This document shows positions 35,592 to 45,143 of a DNA stretch of 64,000 nucleotides, in pieces. The notes below the pieces were generated by a model that was given only the letters and a program-made list of their open reading frames with translations, did no database searches and was not told the DNA's origin. Position 1 is the first letter of the stretch; each line of letters opens with the position of its first letter. Both the position numbers and the translations under genes were made by a program. This DNA is from Thermoanaerobaculia bacterium. Lineage in GTDB: Bacteria; Acidobacteriota; Thermoanaerobaculia; Multivoradales; J023. The stretch lies in contig JAUIJL010000005.1 of NCBI GenBank assembly GCA_030431255.1, positions 29,313 to 93,312 on the forward strand, written 5' to 3'.

Positions 35592-37346
35592 CTAAGGCAA
35601 AGGCTCCACCACGCCGGCAGCTCCCGCTCCGCCGCGGGGATCGGCTCCAGCCTCCACCCAAGCCCGATCCCCTTCTACCACCCACCGCACGGCCTGGACT
35701 TGGGCGAGCGATTTGACGTCCGCCAAGGTGTGACCACGCGCCTCCAAGGCAGCCCGGGTCTCGGGCGATAAGGCATCCGCCTCGAAATACAACTTGTCGG
35801 GACGCCATTGGTGGTGAATACGCGGGCGATCCATCGCTTCCTGAAGCCCGTCCTCATCGGCGATGACGCCGAGCAGCACCTGCATGGTGGCGGTCGGAAT
35901 CCGAGAGCCGCCTCGACCGCCGATGGCGATCGCCTCGGCGGTACCTTTCTCTCCCTCGCGCCAAGCCAGGGTCGGGCTCTGGGAAGAAAGCATCCGTTTG
36001 CCGGGACGCACGGCGTTGGCTTCCCCTTGAATCAAACCGTAGAGATTGGGGCGGCCGGGCGCGGCGGCGAAGTCGTCCATTTCATTGTTGAGAAAGAACC
36101 CGGCCTCGGGCACGTAGAGACCACAGCCGAAAAGACCGTTCAAGGTCGTGGTCAAGGCGACGAGATTGCCGTCCGCGTCGACCACCGAAAGGTGGGTCGT
36201 ATCCTTGGGCTCTTCCACGTGCACGGAATCGTTGAGGTCGCTCCACAGCTGGACCTCTGAGGACGGAGTGGCCTTATCGGGCTCGAGGGTGGACACCCGC
36301 TGCTTCAGCCAGGTCGCATCCAGCAGGTCGGAAGCTCGGGCCGAGGTAGTGGTCGGATCACCGAGCAAGAATCGATCGGCATAGGCGCGCCGCCACACCT
36401 CGGCGATGAGGTGGGCCCGATCCGCACCGAAGCGCTCCTGGTCGCGCCAGTCCACCGCTTCCAGCTGTCTGAAAGAGGACGCGATCAAAATACCGCCGGA
36501 CGACGGCAAATCCGCGGAGGCAAAGCTCCAACCGAAAGCCTCGAAACGCACCGGCGTGCGCCAGATCGGCTCGTAGCCCGCCATATCCGCGGCGGTCAAG
36601 ATGCCACCGTGTTTCTTCGAGCTCCGCTCCACGGCCTGGGCGACGGCGCCCTGGGTGACCGCCTCGGGTCCCTCCGCCGCGTATCGCTCGAGGGTCAAGG
36701 CCAGCTCCGGCAGCTTGATCAACGTCCCGGGTTCGGGCACCCGGCCGTTCGGCAGCCAAATCGCCGCGGTTTCAGCAAAGCGCGACAGCATCTCCTGCTC
36801 TTCGGCCAAAGCGTCGGATAAGCGGCTCGACGCGATAAAGCCCTCTTTGGCCAATTTGATCGCCGGTGCCACCACCTGGGCCCAAGGCAGCTTGCCGAAT
36901 TTCTCGTGCAACGCGTGCAAACCCGCCGGCGACCCCGGCACGCCCGCCGCCAAAGGACCGATCAGGGACGCTTCCGGAATCGGATTTCCCTCTTCGTCGA
37001 GATACATCTCCCGAAAAGCGGCGGCCGGGGCTTGCTCACGGAAATCCAAATGAGCGATTTTGTCGCCCATTTTCAGAGTGGCGAAGCCGCCACCGCCCAA
37101 ATTGCCCGCTTCCGGTTGGACTACCGCCAACGCCAGGGCGGTGGCCACGGCGCCGTCGACCGCGTTGCCACCACGGTGCAGGATCTCCAAACCCGCCTCC
37201 GTCGCCAGACGCTCGTCGCTGGAAACCGCGCCCCCGGTCCCACGGAGGGTTGGACGAGACGCCGCGAGCAGAGGGGCCACTCCCGAGGTGATCAACAAAC
37301 AACCGGCAGCGGCTCCAACCCACAGACCCTTGCGTAAACCGAGCAT
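35592..37346 (-). CDS. ggt: Gamma-glutamyltranspeptidase
   Basis: Ntn-hydrolase catalytic Thr in TTHLSVVDADGNLVALTTTLNGLFG. Signal peptide. Start taken at Met53. Confidence 0.9.
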   Translation of the reverse strand: MLGLRKGLWVGAAAGCLLITSGVAPLLAASRPTLRGTGGAVSSDERLATEAGLEILHRGGNAVDGAVATALALAVVQPEAGNLGGGGFATLKMGDKIAHLDFREQAPAAAFREMYLDEEGNPIPEASLIGPLAAGVPGSPAGLHALHEKFGKLPWAQVVAPAIKLAKEGFIASSRLSDALAEEQEMLSRFAETAAIWLPNGRVPEPGTLIKLPELALTLERYAAEGPEAVTQGAVAQAVERSSKKHGGILTAADMAGYEPIWRTPVRFEAFGWSFASADLPSSGGILIASSFRQLEAVDWRDQERFGADRAHLIAEVWRRAYADRFLLGDPTTTSARASDLLDATWLKQRVSTLEPDKATPSSEVQLWSDLNDSVHVEEPKDTTHLSVVDADGNLVALTTTLNGLFGCGLYVPEAGFFLNNEMDDFAAAPGRPNLYGLIQGEANAVRPGKRMLSSQSPTLAWREGEKGTAEAIAIGGRGGSRIPTATMQVLLGVIADEDGLQEAMDRPRIHHQWRPDKLYFEADALSPETRAALEARGHTLADVKSLAQVQAVRWVVEGDRAWVEAGADPRGGAGAAGVVEPLP

Positions 37347-38782
37347 CAAAGCTCCTTCAGCTCCGTCACCATGCCCTGGACCGCCTTCTTGGCGTCGGCG
37401 AAGAGCATCATGGTGTTGTCGTATTCGAAGAGCTCGTTCTTGATGCCGGCAAAACCCGGGCTCAAGGAACGTTTGATCATGATCACGGTCTGGGCATTCC
37501 AAACCTCGATCACGGGCATGCCGTAGATCGGGCTTCCAGGGGTCTTCTCCGCCGCCGGATTGACCACGTCGTTGGCGCCGACGACGATCGCCACGTCCAC
37601 GCTCTTGAGCTCTGGATTGGCGGTATCCATTTCCAACAGCTGCTCGTAGGGCACGTCCGCTTCCGCCAGCAACACATTCATGTGTCCGGGCATGCGACCG
37701 GCCACGGGATGGATGGCGTATTCCACCCGAGCGCCCCGTTTTTCCAACAGGCTAGCCAGCTCGCGCACCGCGTGCTGGGCTTGGGCGACCGCCAGACCGT
37801 AACCGGGCACGAACATCACCGACTCGGCGTCTTCCAGCACCAAGGCCGCTTCCTCAGCGCTGAAGGAACGCACCGGACCGTATTCGTCGGCCCCTCCTCC
37901 ACCACCGCTGGAGGCGGTTTCCTCCGCGCCGAAACCGCCGAAGAGCACATTGGCCAGGGTGCGGTTCATGGCCACGCACATGATCTGCGTGAGGATCAAT
38001 CCCGACGCACCGACCAAGGCACCGGCGATGATCAACACATTGTTCATCAGCACGAATCCAGTGGCCGCGGCGGCGAGACCCGAGTAGCTGTTGAGCAATG
38101 AAATGACCACCGGCATGTCGGCACCGCCGATGGGAATCACCAAGAATACGCCCAACAACAAGCTCGCCGCGAGCACCACCAGGGTGAGCATGGCCAAGGT
38201 GCCGGGATCCGCCACCGACCAAGTGGCGTAGAGGCCTAAGCCGAGGCTGACGCCGACTAAAGCGAGGTTGAGCACATGACGGCCCGGCAGCAGGATCGGG
38301 TTGCCGCTGATCTTTCCGGCAAGCTTGAGATAGGCCACCACCGAGCCGGAGAGGGTCAGGGCGCCGATCAACATGGACAGCACCGCGGTAATGCCCGGCG
38401 CGGTGCCGAGGGCTTCCACCGCGGTGCCGGCGCCTTCCGCTTCGATGACGTTTTTCCACAACAAGGAGGCCGCGACCAAGGCGGAAGCGCCGCCACCGGA
38501 GCCGTTGAACAACGCCACCATCTCGGGCATGGAGGTCATCTCGACTTTGATCGCCGCCACCGCGCCGATCAAACCACCGACCACCAGACCGACGAGAATC
38601 CACTGATAATCGACGGTGCCCATTTCGATCAGGGTCGCGATCACCGCCACCAGCATGGCCGACGACGACAAGATGTTGCCGCGCCGCGCGGTTTTCACCC
38701 GGGTCAGGCCCTTGAGGCCGAGGATGAATAGGACCGCCGAGGCCAGGTAGAGGGTAGGTACCAAATTCTCGAGCAGGCTCAT
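37346..38782 (-). CDS. pntB: NAD(P) transhydrogenase subunit beta
   Basis: N-terminal 9-TM domain plus C-terminal NADP(H)-binding domain III (GYGLAVAQAQH...). Confidence 0.9.
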   Translation of the reverse strand: MSLLENLVPTLYLASAVLFILGLKGLTRVKTARRGNILSSSAMLVAVIATLIEMGTVDYQWILVGLVVGGLIGAVAAIKVEMTSMPEMVALFNGSGGGASALVAASLLWKNVIEAEGAGTAVEALGTAPGITAVLSMLIGALTLSGSVVAYLKLAGKISGNPILLPGRHVLNLALVGVSLGLGLYATWSVADPGTLAMLTLVVLAASLLLGVFLVIPIGGADMPVVISLLNSYSGLAAAATGFVLMNNVLIIAGALVGASGLILTQIMCVAMNRTLANVLFGGFGAEETASSGGGGGADEYGPVRSFSAEEAALVLEDAESVMFVPGYGLAVAQAQHAVRELASLLEKRGARVEYAIHPVAGRMPGHMNVLLAEADVPYEQLLEMDTANPELKSVDVAIVVGANDVVNPAAEKTPGSPIYGMPVIEVWNAQTVIMIKRSLSPGFAGIKNELFEYDNTMMLFADAKKAVQGMVTELKEL

Positions 38783-39066
38783 TTCTTTTTCTTCCCGAAC
38801 ATGCCGAGCATGCGATCCGTGACCAGGAATCCACCGACCACGTTGACGGTGGCGGTGATGATGGCGAATAGGCCCAAGATGCTCGAGATCTTCGTATCAC
38901 CGCTGCTCGACGCCACCAGGGCGCCGACCACCGTGATGCCGGAGACGGCATTGGCGCCGGACATCAGTGGGGTGTGCAGGGTGGGCGGAATCTTGGTGAT
39001 GATTTCGAAACCGACAAAGACCGCCAACACGAATACATAAAGACCGATCAACAACGGACCCATCAT
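38779..39066 (-). CDS. pntA: NAD(P) transhydrogenase subunit alpha part 2 (membrane domain)
   Basis: 95-aa, 3-TM PntAA C-terminal piece, ending in KKKK. Confidence 0.85.
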   Translation of the reverse strand: MMGPLLIGLYVFVLAVFVGFEIITKIPPTLHTPLMSGANAVSGITVVGALVASSSGDTKISSILGLFAIITATVNVVGGFLVTDRMLGMFGKKKK

Positions 39067-40205
39067 TTGCTGTCTCCTTCGAGAGCCTCACGGGTCGGCG
39101 CGTGTCGCACCTCACCGTTGTGGGTGAGCAACGCTCCGGCGACCACTTCGTCTTCGAGGTCCAAATTCACCCCCGACTCGCCGAGCAACGGCTCGATCAA
39201 AGCCCACACATTTCGCGCGTAGAGCTGGCTGGCGTCATAGGGGGTGTCGGCGGGCAGATTGGACGGTCCGAGAATCGTGACCCCTTGGTGAATCACTTCC
39301 TCCTCCGCCTTGGACAGCACGCAGTTGCCGCCTTGGGCGACGGCCAGATCGACCACCAAGGATCCGGGGCGCATGCCTTCCACCATCTCCTGGGTCACCA
39401 GCACCGGCGCTTTGCGACCGGGAACCAACGCGGTGCAGATCACCACGTCCGCCTCGGACACGTGACGGGTCACGATCTCCCGCTGCTTGCGCAGGAACTC
39501 CTCACCCATTTCGCGGGCATAACCGCCTTCCCCTTCGCCACCGCCCATGTCCGGCAGCTCGATGAAGCGACCGCCCAGGGATTCCACCTGCTCCTTGACC
39601 ACCTCGCGGATGTCGGAGACCTCGACCACCGCGCCCAGGCGTTTGGCGGTGGCCACCGCTTGCAGACCGGCGACACCGGCACCCATGACCACCACTTTGG
39701 CGGGACGGATGGTGCCGGCCGCGGTCATCAACAGCGGGAAATACTTCGCCAGTCGATAAGCGGCCAAAAGCACGGCTTTATATCCGGCGATGGAAGCTTG
39801 GGAAGACAGCGCGTCCATGGACTGGGCGCGGCTGATCCGCGGCACCAGCTCCATGGCCAAACAATTGATTTTTTGATCGCGGTAGGCGATCACGGCGTCG
39901 GCATGTTGGTGCGGTGCCACCAGGCCCACGCAAACGGCTTCCGCTTTGAGCTGCCGAATCTCGTCGGCGCTCAAGCCGGACACCGTGGCCACCAGATCGG
40001 CGTCGGAAAGCGCCGCGCTTCGGTCCTCGACCACCGAGGCGCCGGCAGCAGTGAATAAATCGTCCGGAAAGTGGGCTCGGTCGCCGGCTCCCGCTTGAAC
40101 GGCAACCTCCAAACCTTTGCCGACCATCTTCTTGACGGTCTCCGGAGTTGCCGCCACCCGGGGCTCCCCGGCAGCGGACTCATTGGGGACGAAGACTTTC
40201 ATCAT
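39063..40205 (-). CDS. pntA: NAD(P) transhydrogenase subunit alpha part 1 (NAD(H)-binding domain I, alanine-dehydrogenase fold)
   Basis: Rossmann GAGVAG motif (VVVMGAGVAGLQA). Confidence 0.9.
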   Translation of the reverse strand: MMKVFVPNESAAGEPRVAATPETVKKMVGKGLEVAVQAGAGDRAHFPDDLFTAAGASVVEDRSAALSDADLVATVSGLSADEIRQLKAEAVCVGLVAPHQHADAVIAYRDQKINCLAMELVPRISRAQSMDALSSQASIAGYKAVLLAAYRLAKYFPLLMTAAGTIRPAKVVVMGAGVAGLQAVATAKRLGAVVEVSDIREVVKEQVESLGGRFIELPDMGGGEGEGGYAREMGEEFLRKQREIVTRHVSEADVVICTALVPGRKAPVLVTQEMVEGMRPGSLVVDLAVAQGGNCVLSKAEEEVIHQGVTILGPSNLPADTPYDASQLYARNVWALIEPLLGESGVNLDLEDEVVAGALLTHNGEVRHAPTREALEGDSK

Positions 40206-40292
40206 GATCGCGTCCTGCTCCACGAAATGGAAATGTGCCCGGATCCTACCCGGCCGCCGTCGACCGGTGCAAGGAGCTTGCTGGATCGACGA

Positions 40293-40742
40293 TCACACCC
40301 CCGTCAGCCAGCTGAACCACCAATTCAGCAGGATGACCGCGATCAGCAGCGCCTGGATTCCACGGGGGACGCGGCGGGGCAAGCCGGGCAATGGCCGACC
40401 GGACATCAACCATGCTCCCGAGACCAAACCTCCGCCGATGAAAAACACCCAGGCCACCGTGGGCAGCGGATAGCGCGCGAGGGCGTCGAAGGGGCGCAGC
40501 TCCGCCAGCAAGGCGGCGGCGCGGGTCGTGCCGCAGGTCGGACAGGGAACCCCGGTCCAAGACTTGAACGGGCAGCTGGGCATGCCTCTCACCACGAGGC
40601 CACCGAAAGGAGCCGCGAGCAGCAGGATCAGAGCCGTGCCGGTCCACAGCAGGGCGCCCTGTCGCCGCCCCTTTTGAACCATCCGACGGTGAGCCACCTC
40701 GGGTGCGGACCTATCGGTTGACCCAACCGTGCTCTCGGTCAT
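40293..40742 (-). CDS. DUF2752-type small membrane protein
   Basis: CPFKSWTGVPCPTCGTTRA signature plus hydrophobic helices. Confidence 0.55.
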   Translation of the reverse strand: MTESTVGSTDRSAPEVAHRRMVQKGRRQGALLWTGTALILLLAAPFGGLVVRGMPSCPFKSWTGVPCPTCGTTRAAALLAELRPFDALARYPLPTVAWVFFIGGGLVSGAWLMSGRPLPGLPRRVPRGIQALLIAVILLNWWFSWLTGV

Positions 40743-40751
40743 GGAGTCGCC

Positions 40752-41489
40752 TCAAAGACCCGCCATGCCCGCGGCCAAGGCGGCGGCGATGGCAAAGGCC
40801 CCCACCATGAGGCAAGCGCAGCACAAGAGGGCCGGAATCAACACAGCGATGGCTGTGCGCACGAAGGTGGTCCGATGGACGACCGCGAAACCGATCACCA
40901 GGAGCACCAACGCCACCGTGAGATTGATGAAACCACCGAATAGCGGCACAAAATTACCCAACGCGCAAACCTGAGCGTAACAAGCCACTTTGAACGTGCC
41001 CTCGAAGCCCATTTCCGAGCCTTCCAAAGCACCCACCAAGAACAAGAAAAGATGGTTGAGCGCGCAACCGATGAAGAGCACCACGACGAATATGAACGGA
41101 AAGATGATCGCCATGATCACGACGGAAATGAAGGTGGGAGCCGCCGCAAACCCCATTTGCTCCATCTGCTGGAGAAGATCCGTGCCCGCGAGACTGCCGA
41201 ATGGATCGAACACCAAACCCCAGAGCTGGCCGACGATCGCCATGGCCCAGCCGAGGATCAACGCGAATAAAAACGGTCCCACATAATCACCGTCCAAGCG
41301 CAGCCGGCCGAACGCCCCTTTCGGATCGGTCACCAGCAGCTTCACCGTCTCTGCAAAAGCGTTGAGAAATCCGATCTCCTCCCGCTGATCCCAGGGCATG
41401 GGCGATACAGGGGAGGCAGCCGGCGGCGGTCCGTAGCCGGGAGGTGGTGGGTACGAAGGCGGGGATGGCGGCTGTGTCGGATCCGTCAT
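40752..41489 (-). CDS. Yip1-like multi-TM membrane protein with a proline-rich N-terminus
   Basis: N-terminal PPSPPSYPPPPGYGPPP followed by five hydrophobic helices. Confidence 0.5.
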   Translation of the reverse strand: MTDPTQPPSPPSYPPPPGYGPPPAASPVSPMPWDQREEIGFLNAFAETVKLLVTDPKGAFGRLRLDGDYVGPFLFALILGWAMAIVGQLWGLVFDPFGSLAGTDLLQQMEQMGFAAAPTFISVVIMAIIFPFIFVVVLFIGCALNHLFLFLVGALEGSEMGFEGTFKVACYAQVCALGNFVPLFGGFINLTVALVLLVIGFAVVHRTTFVRTAIAVLIPALLCCACLMVGAFAIAAALAAGMAGL

Positions 41490-41660
41490 GGCAAGTCCTC
41501 GGCAAGCTCAAACGCGGAAGGACGTAGAGCACGAATATGTTAACCCGGAACCCGCCGCGCACCCTTGATCTGCCCGGGCCGGTCACGCATAATCGGTCCA
41601 GAGAATTCGTAATTTCGAAGTCCTTGTGGATCCCACTGACGACCGATCCCACTAACGATA

Positions 41661-42818
41661 TTGAGGGCCGGCATTGAGAGCACCCACCGACCCAGCTCCC
41701 GTCGCTCCGTGAGAATCGCCCACCTCATCCACGGCCTCGGGCTCGGCGGCGCCCAGCAGGTGATCAAATTCATCGTGCAAGAGCGCGGAGCCGAGGACTT
41801 CGAGCACTTGGTGTATTCCTGTCACGGCGGTGTTTTCCAGGAGCAAATCGAAGAGGTCGGGGGCAAGGTCAGGATCCTTCCGCGGCGGATTCCCAAATTA
41901 GATCCCTTCTGGGTCCGCGGCATGGCCAAGGCCATGGTCGACGACCGGGTCGACATCGTGCACGGGCATCTCTTTGGTGACAGCTTGCACGGCTATCTGG
42001 CCGCCAAACGGTCTCAACGGCTGCCCATGGTCTTGACCCTGCACAACTCCACGGACGCGCGCACCGGTTTGCAGCTGCGGGGTTATCGCTGGCTGCTGAA
42101 TGGAGACACGGTGCCGGTGGCCTGCGCGGAATTCGTGCGCACCAGCTTTGTGGACGCCATGGGCTCCGCTGCCCGGAACGTGCGTACGATTTCCAACGGC
42201 ATAGCCTTCGACGAGCAAGGTCCCCGGGCCGAGCGCTCCGAGCTTCCCGAGCTTGGGCTCCGTCCGGACGCCGTCATTTTCGCCACCATCGGGCGCTTGG
42301 AGGAGCAAAAGGCCTACCCCGTGCTCTTCCAAGCCCTTCGCGAGCTGATCGACTCATCCCACGCGGACTTCCAGGTCGTGATGTTCGGCGACGGATCCCT
42401 GCGCCGAGATCTCGAGCAAATGCGCCTGGATCTGGGCCTGGAGGATCACGTCCAGATGGCCGGATTCCGCAAAGACATCACCCGCTGGCTGCCGGCCGTG
42501 GACGCGGTGGTCTTCAGCTCGATTTTCGAAGGGTTGCCGATCGCCCTGCTGGAAGCCATGGCCACCCGACGGGCGGTGGTGGCGACCCGAGTGGGTGGCA
42601 TGCCCGGCGCCCTGAAATCCGATCGCGACGCCTTGTTGGTGCCGTCGCGGGATCCCCGGGCCTTGGCCGAAGCCATGGGTCGAGTCATCGACCAGCCGGA
42701 TCTGCGCCGGCGATTGGGGGAGTCGGCCCGGTCTCGATTCGAGGCGGAATTCACCGCCGAAACCATGACCCGACGTTACGAAGACCTTTATCGGGAGGTC
42801 ATGGACCGGCGTCATTGA
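41661..42818 (+). CDS. Glycosyltransferase family 4 (GT-B, retaining)
   Basis: N-terminal GLGGAQQ motif; C-terminal EGLPIALLEAMA...VVAT motif. Confidence 0.85.
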   Translation: MRAGIESTHRPSSRRSVRIAHLIHGLGLGGAQQVIKFIVQERGAEDFEHLVYSCHGGVFQEQIEEVGGKVRILPRRIPKLDPFWVRGMAKAMVDDRVDIVHGHLFGDSLHGYLAAKRSQRLPMVLTLHNSTDARTGLQLRGYRWLLNGDTVPVACAEFVRTSFVDAMGSAARNVRTISNGIAFDEQGPRAERSELPELGLRPDAVIFATIGRLEEQKAYPVLFQALRELIDSSHADFQVVMFGDGSLRRDLEQMRLDLGLEDHVQMAGFRKDITRWLPAVDAVVFSSIFEGLPIALLEAMATRRAVVATRVGGMPGALKSDRDALLVPSRDPRALAEAMGRVIDQPDLRRRLGESARSRFEAEFTAETMTRRYEDLYREVMDRRH

Positions 42819-42837
42819 CGCTCCCGGCCCGAAGCCC

Positions 42838-44064
42838 ATGCACATCGCCTACCTCCACTACCTCTACGGCCGAGACACCGCGTTGCACCACGTGCGGCAA
42901 TTCTCGGAGGCGGCCCAGGCGCTGGGGCATCGGATCGACGTGCACGCCATGAACCTGGCTCCCCCACCGACTTCCGACGGGGCGTCGGGCCCGCCCCCAA
43001 GCCTCAAGCTACGCCTGCGCCGACAGCTCAAGAAACGCTTTTCTCGCTATCTGCACGACCCTAAGGAATTCCTCTGGAATTGGCGCTACATCCGTAAAGA
43101 AAAAGCCTTGTTGGCCCAAGATCCACCGGAGGCCCTTTTGGTGCGCAGCCAAGGGCTCGGCATCTCCTGTGTGCCCGTGGCGCGTCACTTCGACATCCCC
43201 TTGGTGCTCGAGATCAACGCCCCCATGAGCGAGGTCTTGGAATACCTCGACCAATACCGCCACATGGTGCGCCTGCGGAAATGGGCCGGCACCTATAAAT
43301 TGCGTCGGGCCCAAGGGCTGGTAGTGGTCTCCCAAGCTCTGAAGGATTATTACGTCGGCACCTATGGCCTCGACCCCGAGCATGTGACCGTGGCCCACAA
43401 CGGCGCCGACCTCGAAATCTTCCATCCCGGGGTCGAGCCCGACCCGAAATTTCCCCACGACCCCGAGCGACCGCGCATCGGTTATGTCGGTTCGTTTCAG
43501 AAATGGCATGCCCTGGACCTCATGGGCTCCATGATCGCCGACGTCGCCGAGCAGCGTCCCCACACGCGTTTTTTGATGGTCGGCTCCGGGGCCGGCGTGG
43601 AAGACATCCGCGCCGCGACCCCGGCCCTGGGCGAGGATCGGCTGGTCTTCACCGGCCGGGTGGAGCATGCCCGTGTGCCCGGCTTGGTCGCCGCCCTGGA
43701 CATCGGCATCTTGGCGGAAGCCGCCGATTATCAATGCCCGCTCAAGGTCATCGAATGGATGGCCGCCGGCATTGCCGTGGTCGCCCCCGACCACGGGCCC
43801 TTGCGGGAGCTGATCGAGCACGACGTGCATGGGGTCCTCTTCAAAGCCGGAGACACCGAGGCCCTCGCCCGCGCCGTCATCGAGCTGGTGGACGATCCCG
43901 AGCGGCGGCGACGGCTCGGGGCGGCGGCGGCGGAAAGGGCCCACCGATCCATGTCCTGGCAAGACAACGCGCGCACGGTCGTCGGTGCTTGCCGGGCGGC
44001 GGCGGAACGGCTGAGATCCGGGACGTCCCCCAGGGTTTCATCGCCATCCGAGGGGAGCGCCTAA
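42838..44064 (+). CDS. Glycosyltransferase family 4
   Basis: C-terminal GT1/4 motif (IEWMAAGIAVVAPDHGPLRELIE). Confidence 0.8.
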   Translation: MHIAYLHYLYGRDTALHHVRQFSEAAQALGHRIDVHAMNLAPPPTSDGASGPPPSLKLRLRRQLKKRFSRYLHDPKEFLWNWRYIRKEKALLAQDPPEALLVRSQGLGISCVPVARHFDIPLVLEINAPMSEVLEYLDQYRHMVRLRKWAGTYKLRRAQGLVVVSQALKDYYVGTYGLDPEHVTVAHNGADLEIFHPGVEPDPKFPHDPERPRIGYVGSFQKWHALDLMGSMIADVAEQRPHTRFLMVGSGAGVEDIRAATPALGEDRLVFTGRVEHARVPGLVAALDIGILAEAADYQCPLKVIEWMAAGIAVVAPDHGPLRELIEHDVHGVLFKAGDTEALARAVIELVDDPERRRRLGAAAAERAHRSMSWQDNARTVVGACRAAAERLRSGTSPRVSSPSEGSA

Positions 44065-44067
44065 GCC

Positions 44068-45117
44068 GTGAAGACCCGTCCCCTGCGCCGTGCGCTGTTG
44101 CTGACCCTCAGCGCCCTCTTTCACGGCTCCGGTGCGGCCGCTCGGCAACGCCGGCGGCGGCGTTCCAAGGGCGACTTTCGGATCTACATCCTCGAGTATC
44201 ACGGCATCAGCGCGGATCATCGAGAGTGGGAAGGCACCATCTCCCAACAGCGTTTTCGACGCCACCTCCGTTGGCTGAAACAGCACTTCTCATTCACCAC
44301 CGTCGCAGGCGCCGCTCGGCTCTTGGCCTCCGGCGAGCTCGATCGGGATTGGTGTGTGATCACCTTCGACGACGGCTATTTGAATAATTTTGAAAACGCT
44401 TGGCCGGTGCTGCGCGAGCTCGACCTACCCGCCACCATCTACCTCACCTCAAGTTTTCTCGACGGTCGAGAGCTGTGGTTCGACGTCGCCCGAAGGGCTT
44501 TGACCACCTGCCTTGAGCCAGGGGCGGCGGACGCCACCCCGCCCTGGGTCGCCGAGCGCTTGGCGGAGAGCTTGGGTGCTTGGCCCCCGACGCTCGAGCT
44601 GGAAAGCGCCATGCGCTTGTTGAAAAGCAAAAGCGCCGACGAGCGCATGGAGACGGTGCGCCAGCTTCAGGCCGCCGGCCTCGACCTGCCGGCCGCCGCC
44701 GCGCCCATGTCCTGGGATCAGGCCCGGGAGCTCCAACAAGCCGGCATCGAGCTCGGTGCCCACACCGTCGAGCATCCGATTCTCTCCAAGCTCGATCGAC
44801 AGTGTCAGGAAGCCGAGATCCGCGGCTCCATCGAGCGGCTGACCGAGGAGCTGGGGCGGCGACCCACGACCTTCGCCATGCCCAACGGCTCCCAAGCCGA
44901 CTACAACGCCGACACCTTGGAGGTCTTGGCGTCCCTCGGCATCGAGGCCGCCTGCACCACCCGTCGGGGCTCCTGCTCGCCGGGAAGCAACCCTTTGGAG
45001 CTGCCCCGCCTCGGCGTCGGCAGTGATACCGTCAGCCTGCTCAGTGCCCGCATCGCCGGCCTCTTCGACGAGCAAATCCGTCGCCGGCTCAGCCGTTTGT
45101 CCTTTTCCCGCGCGTGA
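44068..45117 (+). CDS. Polysaccharide deacetylase (CE4, NodB homology domain)
   Basis: NodB motif 1 (TFDDGY); NodB domain present. GTG start. Confidence 0.8.
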   Translation: MKTRPLRRALLLTLSALFHGSGAAARQRRRRRSKGDFRIYILEYHGISADHREWEGTISQQRFRRHLRWLKQHFSFTTVAGAARLLASGELDRDWCVITFDDGYLNNFENAWPVLRELDLPATIYLTSSFLDGRELWFDVARRALTTCLEPGAADATPPWVAERLAESLGAWPPTLELESAMRLLKSKSADERMETVRQLQAAGLDLPAAAAPMSWDQARELQQAGIELGAHTVEHPILSKLDRQCQEAEIRGSIERLTEELGRRPTTFAMPNGSQADYNADTLEVLASLGIEAACTTRRGSCSPGSNPLELPRLGVGSDTVSLLSARIAGLFDEQIRRRLSRLSFSRA

Positions 45118-45143
45118 TCGTGATCTAGGAGCTCCGACCCTCC

